Shown here: positions 1 to 9,163 of the stretch, piece after piece
How positions within the stretch are numbered: the stretch's first letter is position 1
How the letters are laid out: each line of letters begins with the position of its first letter
Assembly: GCA_964291315.2 (NCBI GenBank)
Contig: OZ219750.1
Span: 128,001 to 192,000 of the forward strand
Origin: Candidatus Poribacteria bacterium
GTDB lineage: Bacteria; Poribacteria; WGA-4E; WGA-3G
Length of the DNA stretch: 64,000 nt
Reading direction: 5' to 3'
Program-made: the position numbers and the translations under genes
The notes under the pieces: model-generated
What the model saw: only the letters and a program-made list of their open reading frames with translations
Databases searched by the model: none
What the model was told of the DNA's origin: nothing

Positions 1-215
1 GTTGCGGGTGTATGTCGCAGATGCGCATTTTCCGATCGCCCAGCACTTCAAAAACCACTCCACCTTCGAGGGGTTCTCTGTCATTGTGGAAGTGACAGGA
101 GAAATCCGGGCATCTTCAACGTAGTGTGAAGATACAATCCGGAGCGTCATAGCAGCTAGACTTCTGCTAGCGGTGTCTGAAAGCTTTTTCTATTGGTATG
201 AAATCAAAAAAAAGT

Positions 216-385
216 TTGCAATATAGTTCAGTATGTGATATAATTAATATAAAATTTGACAATTGCGTATGGACACACTATAATTTTTACTAGAACGTAA
301 AAAGCTTGCAAATTAGGTTACTTTTGTGGTGTTTTATACGTCAGTGTAAATAATCTTGACGTTCACGTTTTAGATAGTGTATAAT
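216..385 (+). promoter_or_regulatory. Three tandem sigma70-like promoters upstream of the cohesin/dockerin gene
   Basis: TTGCAA(216)-N17-TATAAT(239); TTGACA(256)-N17-TATAAT(279); TTGACG(356)-N18-TATAAT(380). Confidence 0.6.
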
Positions 386-576
386 ATGTGCTAAAATGCT
401 TTGATCGTTAATTCAGATCAAGCCGATAGCCAACATCCTCGGGTTTTTGCCCTGTGGGTTTTAGGTTCTAACAAGGTACTGCATGCTGATAGAGCGATAG
501 CGTTCTGTCCGTTTATGGCAGTACATCAAGATAAATTGATATTTTCAAGATTAGATTTATATCGAAGGAGAAATCA

Positions 577-2172
577 GTGAATACGATTACTCGATTAAGT
601 TCGCTTATGCTAATATGTGGGTGTGCCTTGCTGCTTTTCGGGCCTCCCGCTGACTTACACGCCCAACAAGAAGAGGAGGGGACTCCTAGTCTAGAGGTTC
701 GGGGTGACAGAGGAAAAGGGAAAACTTACCATCTGGGGCAGGATGTAAGAACAATATTTTACCCTGCATTGGATGGTGTGCCTCAACTAGATGTAGATCT
801 AGAAATTACAACTATCGGGATAGATAACCTCAATATTGCGCGTGACCCAGCTACTGCTGAAGTGACAGTCACCGGGGCTATATCATTAGAAAGAGGCTCC
901 TATATTCAGGCTGTGTGGGTAGAGAAACAGCTCACAGCAAGGGAAGAATTTATCGCTGTGGAGGCTGGCGTAAACCCGGCCCTCATCGTTGTTAAATCCC
1001 CTGATCCTAAAGCAATGTTAAAAGTTGGTGATACCTTCACACAGATGATTAACATCGAAAATAGAGGGGCAAAATTTGACACTTTGCCTTTATCGGCGTG
1101 GCAGATGGATGTCGTCTACAATCCAGAAATACTCAAAGTGCTTAACGTCATGCACGGCGATTTCCTAACAGAGGGCGGTGACGTGAATACCCACTATGTT
1201 GAGATGTTATCGCCGGGCAAAGTCAGTGTCAGTGAATCTCGTCCTGGTTTGACTTCACCGCCAGTTCCGATGCCACCTACATCCATGGCCCCCTCCCCTG
1301 AAGGTGTACCTCTGGCTCCTGGCGGCAAGGAAACCCTGCTAACGATTGAGTTTGAAGTGCTCGCGTTTGCAGAGGAGGCGTTGGGGATCCACAACGTCCA
1401 ACTCCAAAGTTGTTACATGGACAACGACGGCATGCAGCAGAACGATCGCATCTCCTATTCCATTCTGGTTAGCGATGTGTTTGTGGCTACCGAGCATCAG
1501 TCTATGCATTATGCGACAGAAGATGTCAACATGGACGAGATGGTAAACGTTCTTGACTTAATGGAAGTGGCGAACATGATCGGATCTGCCGCTCATGGCT
1601 CGCGCGCCGATGTCAACGGCGACGGTTTTGTGAATGTATTGGATCTCGTCACAGTTTATAAGAGTGACCTTTGGGCGAAAGCTGCGCCTGCAACGATGGA
1701 AGACTCATGGGAAAGAGATGCCAATGAGGCAGCCCTCACTGCTCCTTCCGTGAGTCGCAGTGTGGACCCGACTACCATTCGGAGCTGGATTGATCTCGCG
1801 CGGGTTGAGGACGACGGTTCCGCTATCTTCGATGCCGGCATCGCAAAATTGGAAGCACTGCTCGCCTCCAAAATTCCGAGTGAGACGAAGCTGCTGCTGA
1901 ACTATCCGAATCCGTTCAACCCCGAGACCTGGATCCCGTATCAGTTGGCGAAGGCCACAGAGGTCACGCTGACGATTCATGCCATGAACGGCTCCCTAAT
2001 CAGAACGCTTGCATTAGGGCATCAGGCAGCTGGTGTCTACAAGAGCAAGAGTCAAGCCGCCTATTGGGACGGTCGTAATGAATTGGGCGAACAGGTAGCA
2101 AGTGGACTCTACTTCTACACGTTAACCGCCGGTGACTTCAGTGCCACTGGCAAGATGCTCGTTCGGAAGTAG
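577..2172 (+). CDS. Secreted cohesin + dockerin protein with C-terminal FlgD-Ig/T9SS-like sorting domain
   Basis: RBS AAGGAG and GTG start; signal peptide; cohesin-like 'VGDTFT..INIEN..LSAWQMDVVYNP..GDFL..LLTIEFEV'; dockerin EF-hand pair 'DVNMDEMVNVLDL/DVNGDGFVNVLDL'; tail 'NYPNPFNPETWIPYQL..YWDGRN..ASGLYFYTL'. Confidence 0.8.
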   Translation: MNTITRLSSLMLICGCALLLFGPPADLHAQQEEEGTPSLEVRGDRGKGKTYHLGQDVRTIFYPALDGVPQLDVDLEITTIGIDNLNIARDPATAEVTVTGAISLERGSYIQAVWVEKQLTAREEFIAVEAGVNPALIVVKSPDPKAMLKVGDTFTQMINIENRGAKFDTLPLSAWQMDVVYNPEILKVLNVMHGDFLTEGGDVNTHYVEMLSPGKVSVSESRPGLTSPPVPMPPTSMAPSPEGVPLAPGGKETLLTIEFEVLAFAEEALGIHNVQLQSCYMDNDGMQQNDRISYSILVSDVFVATEHQSMHYATEDVNMDEMVNVLDLMEVANMIGSAAHGSRADVNGDGFVNVLDLVTVYKSDLWAKAAPATMEDSWERDANEAALTAPSVSRSVDPTTIRSWIDLARVEDDGSAIFDAGIAKLEALLASKIPSETKLLLNYPNPFNPETWIPYQLAKATEVTLTIHAMNGSLIRTLALGHQAAGVYKSKSQAAYWDGRNELGEQVASGLYFYTLTAGDFSATGKMLVRK

Positions 2173-2206
2173 GCTGGATTTACTCAAGACCTATTTCTAT
2201 TAATCC

Positions 2207-2263
2207 AAAATCAGGCAATCGGTGTATTTCCTAAGGAGATGCATCGGTTGTCTGATTTTTTTT
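2207..2263 (+). terminator. Intrinsic terminator
   Basis: Long hairpin AAAATCAGGCAATCGGTGTATTTCC-TAA-GGAGATGCATCGGTTGTCTGATTTT followed by a T run. Confidence 0.75.
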
Positions 2264-2368
2264 AAGCCGTAGCATAGGCTGTCGGTTTCCTGTGCTAGAT
2301 AGTCCAATAGGTTTGTATCCTATGCTGTCAGTTTGCTGTGGGATATAACAGAGACATTTGGTTTCCAT

Positions 2369-2398
2369 TTGACTTCCGCAGTTCAGGTGTGATAAACT
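2369..2398 (+). promoter_or_regulatory. Sigma70 promoter of Rpn copy 1 (repeated at 3431-3460)
   Basis: TTGACT-N18-TAAACT with extended -10 TG. Confidence 0.6.
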
Positions 2399-2471
2399 AT
2401 ACCATTACCGCAGCAACGATACGGGAAAGGAGCACACCAGCATTGCTGGCATTTCAGTCAATGCAGCTACT

Positions 2472-3434
2472 ATGCAAGATCAACAAGACTCTAAGCGGCA
2501 CAGCCGATACGACACCGTCTCAAAGGCGATTATTCACCAAAACCCACAGGACTGGACAGAGTTCGCCCTCGGCACGGCAGACGTGGAGGCGATCCGCGTC
2601 TTAGAGACCGAGCAGCCGACCGTCCAGTCAAACAGAGCCGATAGTTTCATAGAGGTGAAGATCGGTGGAGAACCTGCGATTGTGCATCTTGAGATCCAGA
2701 CGCGCGACAGCGGAGCGGTGCCGATGCCGTATCGGATGGTGGGCTACATCGGCAGGGGTATCGAGCAGTTTCAACTGCCGATTTACTCACACGTCATCTA
2801 CCTGCACCCGCGGGCGGGACAGCGGGATCCAGGCGTATATGTGCAATCGTTCCCTGGGTATGAGGTGCGCGTCAGCTACAAGGTGATCCGTCTGTATGAT
2901 ATAGAGGGGTCGCAGGTCTTGGCTGCGGGTGTGAAGGGATTAATTCCGTTTGCGCCCTTGATGTGTCCCTCGGCGGATGCGTCGGGCGAGGCGTGGCTTC
3001 GGCGGTGTGTATCGGTTGCGGAGTCGGTGTATGAGGATGATGTATCAAAAGGCGAGTATTTGACAGATTTAGCGATATTGAGCGGATTGACATTTGAGTA
3101 TCCAGTGATCCGTAAAACGTTAGGGGAGGCAATCATGCAAGAGTCATCGGTTTTTCAACATTTCTATCAACAAGGCATAGAGCAAGGCATGGAACGCGGC
3201 ATGGAACGCGGCATGGAACGCGGACGAGAGGAAGGCACCCGAGAGAGCCTCATCGAGGGCATCCTCGAGACCTTGGAGCTGCGGTTCAACACAAGCGACA
3301 TATCACAGGTGGCATCTGTGCTTCAGCAGATTCACGCACTACCCCGTCTCAAGGGGCTCCGCAGAGAGGCCCTGCAAGCAGCGAGCCTGGCCGTGTTCCA
3401 AACGGTGTTACACAACAGCCGAGACACAAATTGA
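2472..3434 (+). CDS. Rpn/YhgA-like recombination-promoting nuclease (PD-(D/E)XK), copy 1
   Basis: 'YDTVSK', 'RADSFI', 'VHLEIQT', 'MPYRM..Y' and C-terminal GxExG repeats. Confidence 0.85.
   Translation: MQDQQDSKRHSRYDTVSKAIIHQNPQDWTEFALGTADVEAIRVLETEQPTVQSNRADSFIEVKIGGEPAIVHLEIQTRDSGAVPMPYRMVGYIGRGIEQFQLPIYSHVIYLHPRAGQRDPGVYVQSFPGYEVRVSYKVIRLYDIEGSQVLAAGVKGLIPFAPLMCPSADASGEAWLRRCVSVAESVYEDDVSKGEYLTDLAILSGLTFEYPVIRKTLGEAIMQESSVFQHFYQQGIEQGMERGMERGMERGREEGTRESLIEGILETLELRFNTSDISQVASVLQQIHALPRLKGLRREALQAASLAVFQTVLHNSRDTN
3135..3434 (+). CDS. Putative intragenic small Rpn (RpnS-like antitoxin), copy 1, 99 aa
   Basis: In-frame ATG (MQESSVFQ) preceded by a strong SD GGGGAGG 5 nt upstream. Confidence 0.55.
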   Translation: MQESSVFQHFYQQGIEQGMERGMERGMERGREEGTRESLIEGILETLELRFNTSDISQVASVLQQIHALPRLKGLRREALQAASLAVFQTVLHNSRDTN

Positions 3435-3533
3435 CTTCCGCAGTTCAGGTGTGATAAACTATACCATTACCGCAGCAACGATACGGGAAAGGAGCACACC
3501 AGCATTGCTGGCATTTCAGTCAATGCAACCACT

Positions 3534-4559
3534 ATGCAAGATCAACAAGGCTCTAAGCGGCACAGCCGATACGACACCGTCTCAAAGGCGATTATTCACC
3601 AAAACCCACAGGACTGGACAGAGTTCGCCCTCGGCACGGCAGACGTGGAGGCAATCCGCGTCTTAGAGACCGAGCAGCCGACCGTCCAGTCAAACAGAGC
3701 CGATAGTTTCATAGAGGTGAAGATCGGTGGAGACCCCGCAATTGTGCATCTTGAGATCCAGACGCGCGACAGCGGACAGGTGCCGATGCCGTATCGGATG
3801 GTGGGCTACATCGGCAGGGGCATCGAGCAGTTCCAACTGCCGATTTACTCACACGTCATCTACCTGCACCCGCGTGCGGGACAGCGGGATCCAGGCGTGT
3901 ATGTGCAATCGTTCCCTGGGTATGAGGTGCGCGTCAGCTACAAGGTGATCCGTCTGTATGATATAGAGGGGTCGCAGGTCTTAGCTGCGGGTGTGAAGGG
4001 ATTAATTCCGTTTGCGCCCTTGATGTGTCCCTCGGCGGATGCGTCGGGCGAGGCGTGGCTTCGGCGGTGTGTATCGGTTGCGGAGTCGGTGTATGAGGAT
4101 GATGTATCAAAAGGCGAGTATTTGACAGATTTAGCGATATTGAGCGGATTGACATTTGAGTATCCAGTGATCCGTAAAACGTTAGGGGAGGCAATCATGC
4201 AAGAGTCATCGGTTTTTCAACATTTCTATCAACAAGGCATAGAGCAAGGCATAGAGCAAGGCATGGAACGCGGCATGGAACGCGGCATGGAACGCGGCAT
4301 GGAACGCGGCATGGAACGCGGCATGGAACGCGGACGAGAGGAAGGCACCCGAGAGAGCCTCATCGAGGGCATCCTCGAGACCTTAGAGCTGCGGTTCAAC
4401 ACAAGCGACATATCACAGGTGGCATCTGTGCTCCAGCAGATTCACGCACTACCCCGTCTCAAGGGGCTCCGCAGAGAGGCCCTGCAAGCAGCGAGTCTCG
4501 CTGTGTTCCAAACGGTGTTACACAACAGCCGAGACACAAACGGAAACCAATCGGCGTAG
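3534..4559 (+). CDS. Rpn/YhgA-like nuclease, copy 2
   Basis: Near-identical to copy 1, with a longer GMER repeat and 5 extra C-terminal residues. Confidence 0.85.
   Translation: MQDQQGSKRHSRYDTVSKAIIHQNPQDWTEFALGTADVEAIRVLETEQPTVQSNRADSFIEVKIGGDPAIVHLEIQTRDSGQVPMPYRMVGYIGRGIEQFQLPIYSHVIYLHPRAGQRDPGVYVQSFPGYEVRVSYKVIRLYDIEGSQVLAAGVKGLIPFAPLMCPSADASGEAWLRRCVSVAESVYEDDVSKGEYLTDLAILSGLTFEYPVIRKTLGEAIMQESSVFQHFYQQGIEQGIEQGMERGMERGMERGMERGMERGMERGREEGTRESLIEGILETLELRFNTSDISQVASVLQQIHALPRLKGLRREALQAASLAVFQTVLHNSRDTNGNQSA
4197..4559 (+). CDS. Putative intragenic small Rpn, copy 2, 120 aa
   Basis: Same GGGGAGG-caatc-ATG as in copy 1. Confidence 0.55.
   Translation: MQESSVFQHFYQQGIEQGIEQGMERGMERGMERGMERGMERGMERGREEGTRESLIEGILETLELRFNTSDISQVASVLQQIHALPRLKGLRREALQAASLAVFQTVLHNSRDTNGNQSA
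4236..4331 (+). repeat. 12-bp coding VNTR (GGCATAGAGCAA x2, GGCATGGAACGC x6); copy 1 has x1 and x3 at 3174-3221
   Basis: Counted directly. Confidence 0.95.
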
Positions 4560-4570
4560 CCGTTCAGAGG

Positions 4571-5365
4571 CTAGGGGGTGTTTCTTCGCAATCGTCTGAG
4601 TTCTGCTTGGAGCTCTGCGAGCTCTGCCTCTGCCCGTTCGGCGCGTGCCTCGGCCTGTCGGCGTGTGAAAGCCTCCTGCTCGGCACGCGCCTCTGCTTGT
4701 TGGCGTGTGAGGTTCTCCCGTTCGGCGCGTGCCTCTGCCCGTTCGGCGCGCGCCTCTGCGATCTCCTCTGGCAGCAGAAGCCACTCATCCAGAGCCGGAA
4801 TATAAAATCGTAAATCCCCAGACGAGAACAGGTAGAACTTCAAACCCAGCACTGACGACAACAACCCGCCATCCGACGCCCGAGACAACGCACGATAAAC
4901 GTCTCCGTCTAACGTCCAGCCCATCAGAGGCTCCGGCAGGTATAGCCCCTCTATATCACATAAAAAATAATCCCTGACACCTAAAGACGCATAAAGCCGC
5001 TTCTTCGCACCCAGATCTCGCTCATACGTCGTCTCACTCGCTAACTCCATCACGAAGTCCGGCGGCTTGCCCTCTTCCCAGACACGATACGTCCGACGCG
5101 TCTTCTGACCTATGCCCAAGGAAACCAGCACATCCGGGGACACCACTTTCCGCGGGTCACCCTCCACATAATACATCAGGATATCCCCAGAGACATACAC
5201 CTCTGGTCTATCAGAAAAAAAAGTTGCCAACGCTCGGAGGATACGCATCAGGGTGTGCCTATGCTCATCGCTCGCTGCCATGGGCTTACCGTCCGTTTCT
5301 GGGTAGAGTTGGGGTTCGTGTGTAGGGGCAGAAGAGACCGGCCCCGGAGGTTCATACATCGCCAT
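4571..5365 (-). CDS. Uma2 family (DUF820) endonuclease with coiled-coil tail
   Basis: 'YPETDGKPMA', 'VSPDVLV', 'GKPPDFVMELAS', 'KKRLYASLGVRDYF'; AEARAE repeats. Confidence 0.9.
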   Translation of the reverse strand: MAMYEPPGPVSSAPTHEPQLYPETDGKPMAASDEHRHTLMRILRALATFFSDRPEVYVSGDILMYYVEGDPRKVVSPDVLVSLGIGQKTRRTYRVWEEGKPPDFVMELASETTYERDLGAKKRLYASLGVRDYFLCDIEGLYLPEPLMGWTLDGDVYRALSRASDGGLLSSVLGLKFYLFSSGDLRFYIPALDEWLLLPEEIAEARAERAEARAERENLTRQQAEARAEQEAFTRRQAEARAERAEAELAELQAELRRLRRNTP

Positions 5366-5493
5366 TCCGAGTAATCCTTCTCTGTGAGAGCATTAGAAAA
5401 TCCGTATACCTCATTTTCAGAACATTACAGACAACCATTATACCACATTTTACCTCGAAAGTGCCAACCTATTTTTCGCTGTTTTGTGAGCCT

Positions 5494-5517
5494 GCACAAC
5501 CTAACAGGTTATGCTAC
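5494..5517 (-). repeat. GTAG-type REP-like palindrome
   Basis: GCACAACCTAACAGGTTATGCTAC; related copies at 2269, 7763, 7814, 7851, 12676, 36803, 36837. Confidence 0.7.
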
Positions 5518-5613
5518 AAGACGGATGCTATAAGTACCTACCTATTGGGGTTGGGAAAGAATTATGAAACCTGCTTCGTCTCTATTACGTATAAAATAGC
5601 GAGCTGAATTCGT

Positions 5614-5696
5614 GTAGAGATCGCCTTGCGGAGATAGCAAATTATTGCGCTCATGCCACTATCTATAGAAAGGCTATTTTCAACGGTGATCTCTAC
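5614..5696. repeat. Long GTAG...CTAC inverted-repeat element
   Basis: GTAGAGATCGCC pairs with GGTGATCTCTAC; inner GAGATAGC/GCTATTTT arms. Confidence 0.55.
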
Positions 5697-5823
5697 TGTA
5701 TCTATCGACATTCAGTCTCACGCCATTTGGAAAGTTTGCTGAAAATAAAAATCGATAAACTGAATGAGCCATCTAAAAATTTCAAAAAAAATCTGCACCC
5801 TCGTGCAGCTTTAAGGAGACGGA

Positions 5824-7662
5824 ATGAAAAAGCGAATGTTTGTAGGTCTGTTTATGTGTGTGGCGTGTCTGTTGCATCTGTCAGTTCCGAGCGTTGTTTT
5901 TGGGCAAAGCCTTGCTGAACAAGTATTTAACAATAATAAAGAACTTCTGCAACGCGAAGAGATTAGATCTTCGCTGCCAGATGTCCTGCGCATTCTCGGA
6001 GAGAAAAAGATATCCTCAAAGGGGACTCTTGATTCAATTTTGGCAAACCCTCGTTTTTTATTTGTTTATCCAGAGTTTAAGGACAATAAAAAGAATCTAG
6101 AAATTATGGGACTTTTGGTAACAGACGTACCTCTCCGAGCCCTGTTTCGAGACGAACAATTTTTTCGTGTACTTACGAACGAAACTGAGAATGCTGCATT
6201 GGTGAGACTAATTGAGGCAACTCCGATACCAGCAAAAATAATTAAAATAATTTCTGGGAATGGGCAAGAAGGGAAGATCAATACGCGTTTGCCGGATCCT
6301 TTTGTGGTAGAAGTGCAGGATCAAAATGGTAAGTCGCTTTCTCGTAGAGACGTCACTTTCAAAATCACTAAGGGGAAAGGGCACCTGTCGTCTACAAGAG
6401 CAAAGACCGACACGAACGGTCGAGCCGAGGTTACCTTAAGGCTCGGCTCCGAGCTGGGGATATATCAGGTGCAGGCAAGCGTTGCTGGGTTGACGCAAAC
6501 GTTTATTGCGGCTGCTATTGGCACCACAGGATCAGAAAGCGGTCCAGCACCCTCATTGTACTGGGTAGACGAAGCTAAGAAAGCGATCTACCATCGCCCT
6601 ACCGGTGGCGTAGGAGACGAGTGGCTGAAGCTAAAAAATGGAAATCTGACAGGAGGCATCGCAGTAGATGTGGTAGGCGGAAGGGTCTACTGGACAGAAA
6701 AATTGGGTAGGAAATGGAGAATCCGAAGTGCTGCACTGGATGGAACGGCTGTCAAACCAGTTAGGAACAAAATGGATGTTGAACCTCTTGGTATTGTTGT
6801 TGGAACTGGCGGAGACGGTAAACGGTGGGTGTATTGGACGACCTCTGGTGGCAACATCCAAGGTATAGCTATAAAACCTGATGGTTCAGTTGCTTCAAAG
6901 TCTTTTAAGCGAAACCTCGTCCCCCGTTCGAAGTCTCCGATGCACATCGCCTTTTATGATGGCGAACTTTATTGGACAGAGTCCAATCGTATCATGCGTG
7001 CGAATAGTAATGAAGCTATAGTAGAGTCCCCGGATGAGTTGGGCGGCATTGCGGTTGCTGGTAGCATCGTGTATTGGACAGAGCAAACGAGCGACGGAAA
7101 AGGCAACGTCAAATCTGTGAACGTCAATGGATCTGGTGAGAAGATGCTTGCCTCATTAGAGAGCGTTCCGCAAGGGCTTGCAGTAGACCCCGCAGGTGGC
7201 AGGTTATATTGGACGACCGCTGGCGGCGGAATCCAAAGCACGCTGATTTCCCCCATCCACATTGATGTTAAGAATAAGGATGCACAGGCGACAGGGCTTG
7301 CCTTAGGGGTGCCGTCAACAGATTCCTCACCGAGTGCGGCTGCACCCTCCATGCATGTAGCAGACGCTGCGCAGAACAACTTGCTTGCGAATTATCCGAA
7401 CCCGTTCAACCCCGAGACCTGGATCCCGTATCAGTTGTCGGAACCGGCAGAGGTCACCGTGTCAATATACGGTGTGAACGGCAGCCTGATTCGAACGTTG
7501 GCGTTGGGGCATCAGGCACCCGGTGCTTACCGGAGCAAAAGTCGTGCAGCATACTGGGACGGACGTAACGAGCTCGGTGAGCCTGTTGCAAGCGGGCTCT
7601 ATTTCTATACATTAACCGCAGGCGACTTTACAGCAACTCGGAAGATGTTGATACGGAAGTAG
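5824..7662 (+). CDS. Secreted Big_1 Ig-like + LDL-receptor YWTD beta-propeller protein with FlgD-Ig tail
   Basis: Signal peptide; 'ISGNGQEG..LPDPFVVEVQDQNG..TDTNGRA' (Big_1); repeated LYWVD/VYWTE/LYWTT motifs; NYPNPFNPETWIPYQL tail. Confidence 0.85.
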   Translation: MKKRMFVGLFMCVACLLHLSVPSVVFGQSLAEQVFNNNKELLQREEIRSSLPDVLRILGEKKISSKGTLDSILANPRFLFVYPEFKDNKKNLEIMGLLVTDVPLRALFRDEQFFRVLTNETENAALVRLIEATPIPAKIIKIISGNGQEGKINTRLPDPFVVEVQDQNGKSLSRRDVTFKITKGKGHLSSTRAKTDTNGRAEVTLRLGSELGIYQVQASVAGLTQTFIAAAIGTTGSESGPAPSLYWVDEAKKAIYHRPTGGVGDEWLKLKNGNLTGGIAVDVVGGRVYWTEKLGRKWRIRSAALDGTAVKPVRNKMDVEPLGIVVGTGGDGKRWVYWTTSGGNIQGIAIKPDGSVASKSFKRNLVPRSKSPMHIAFYDGELYWTESNRIMRANSNEAIVESPDELGGIAVAGSIVYWTEQTSDGKGNVKSVNVNGSGEKMLASLESVPQGLAVDPAGGRLYWTTAGGGIQSTLISPIHIDVKNKDAQATGLALGVPSTDSSPSAAAPSMHVADAAQNNLLANYPNPFNPETWIPYQLSEPAEVTVSIYGVNGSLIRTLALGHQAPGAYRSKSRAAYWDGRNELGEPVASGLYFYTLTAGDFTATRKMLIRK

Positions 7663-7700
7663 GCTGGGTTTGCTCAGGACCTGTTTGTATTACTCCAAAA

Positions 7701-7751
7701 TCGGACAATCGGTGTATTTCCTAAGGAGATGTATGGGTTGTCTGTTTTTTT
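7701..7751 (+). terminator. Intrinsic terminator, paralog of the one at 2207
   Basis: CGGACAATCGGTGTATTTCC-TAA-GGAGATGTATGGGTTGTCTG followed by T7. Confidence 0.65.
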
Positions 7752-7762
7752 GTTGCAGGTAG

Positions 7763-7874
7763 GCACAACCTAACAGGTTAGGCTACAAGAGCCGAACTAC
7801 AAGCGCTGAGGAGGCACAGACTAACAGTCTATGCTACAAGAACTGAAAAGGCACAACCTAACAGGTTAAGCTAC
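7763..7874 (-). repeat. Cluster of three GTAG REP-like palindromes between convergent genes
   Basis: GCACAACCTAACAGGTTAGGCTAC, GCACAGACTAACAGTCTATGCTAC, GCACAACCTAACAGGTTAAGCTAC. Confidence 0.8.
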
Positions 7875-7878
7875 AGCT

Positions 7879-9111
7879 TCAATATTCTCCCTTGAGGGTG
7901 AGGGTCGCGCGCGTGTGGGTGTAGTTGAGGAAATCGAGCAAGGGATCCAGGTCGTTGGTTCGGTTTTGGGTGACCTGATAGTCGGCGTTGAGCGTTAGAT
8001 GCGGATTGAGCTGCCAATTCAACTGCAGCTGAGCACCGATCTGTGTATCTCTGCGATTGGGGGCATCCTCTGGGATCAGCCCGGTCTCGTCTGGGATTTG
8101 TTTGCCTTCAAAGTGTACCCAGAGTCTGGAGAGGCGGAGCCGTCCCCAGCGACCCGCATCAAGCCGATAGAAGCCGCTTGCTGCCACCTCAGTACTGACG
8201 AAGTTGAAAAAAGCAACGTTAGAGCGGTTGAGAAACAGGTTGACCTCTTCCTGAAACACAACCTCTTCGCTTGCGATCTGTAGCAGTTTTGCGGAGCCGA
8301 TGTGTCGCCAATCGTCTCGGCGCTCGTTGTCTTCAAGCCCTGTGACCCCTAGGATGAGATTATTTAAATTGGTTTCGTAGCTGCTGTTTTCTAATCCGTA
8401 TTCTATTTTGCCCAGCACCTGTTCGAGAAGTCCGAATTGCAGCCGGCCTGTCATGTTGTGGGTGTTGGAACCGACGAGCAGGAAATCCTCTCTCAAGGAT
8501 AGATCGTCGTCAAATCGGTGTAACCTGAAACTGTATTCTAGAACGCGCCCGAGGCGTAGGGCGAGTTGTCGCTCGACACTGTTATAGACTTTGGAGGTCC
8601 GCGCGAGACGTTGCAGCTGATGTGAAGCCACGAGTGGCGGTAGATTTGCGGCGGGTTTGAAGCTCAGTTCGGTTAAGATAACGTCGCTAAATGCGTCGAA
8701 TTCGTCGAGTTTGCCGTCAGCGCCGGTATAATTTTCAACTTGCGGTATATATTGCAGTTTGAGTCTGAGTCTATGGGCGACTGGCAGATCGGCCTGCAGA
8801 TCAAGCCCGAGGCGGTTGATCATACCTACGAGCTGCGAGTCGTCTTCTCCGGCCAAGCTGCTGGTGTACGGGTCTACGCTTAAACCGAGTTCAATGTGAT
8901 TGTTGAAGGTGTTAGAGAAGAGAGAGCTGACTGTTAGTTCAGCGGGGGCGGCTGCAGGTGTAGCGGGTTCTTTTTCTAATAGACTCCGTCCGATTTCAGT
9001 CTGAAGTTGTGCGAAGGTGCTTTGCGGCTGGGATGAGAGTAGGACAGCTATGAGTTGCGTGAAAATGAGCAGGCATGCTGACCGGCTGTTTGTCGTTTTT
9101 AGCATGTTCAT
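7879..9111 (-). CDS. Putative outer-membrane beta-barrel protein
   Basis: Signal peptide, alternating amphipathic strands, C-terminal aromatic residue (TLTLKGEY). Confidence 0.6.
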   Translation of the reverse strand: MNMLKTTNSRSACLLIFTQLIAVLLSSQPQSTFAQLQTEIGRSLLEKEPATPAAAPAELTVSSLFSNTFNNHIELGLSVDPYTSSLAGEDDSQLVGMINRLGLDLQADLPVAHRLRLKLQYIPQVENYTGADGKLDEFDAFSDVILTELSFKPAANLPPLVASHQLQRLARTSKVYNSVERQLALRLGRVLEYSFRLHRFDDDLSLREDFLLVGSNTHNMTGRLQFGLLEQVLGKIEYGLENSSYETNLNNLILGVTGLEDNERRDDWRHIGSAKLLQIASEEVVFQEEVNLFLNRSNVAFFNFVSTEVAASGFYRLDAGRWGRLRLSRLWVHFEGKQIPDETGLIPEDAPNRRDTQIGAQLQLNWQLNPHLTLNADYQVTQNRTNDLDPLLDFLNYTHTRATLTLKGEY

Positions 9112-9163
9112 TTGAGATGGTTCATCGGGTAGTGCGTATTTGGGTTCTCATTCAATGTTTTCG

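Larger units (their letters stand above)
2369..4540 (+). repeat. Direct tandem duplication with 1062-bp offset (promoter + Rpn gene)
   Basis: TTGACTTCCGCAGTTCAGG starts at 2369 and at 3431; ATGs at 2472 and 3534; copies nearly identical. Confidence 0.95.

Noticed and set aside
1-150. Possible minus-strand gene start at the window edge
   Set aside because: Open frames exist but show no recognisable motif or clear RBS
2472-4559. Rpn genes as IS transposases
   Set aside because: No terminal inverted repeats or target-site duplication; the family is a PD-(D/E)XK nuclease, not a DDE transposase
7763-7874. Short repeats with intervening sequence resembling a CRISPR array
   Set aside because: Only three degenerate units, irregular 13-27 nt gaps, dispersed copies elsewhere and no cas genes; fits REP elements better
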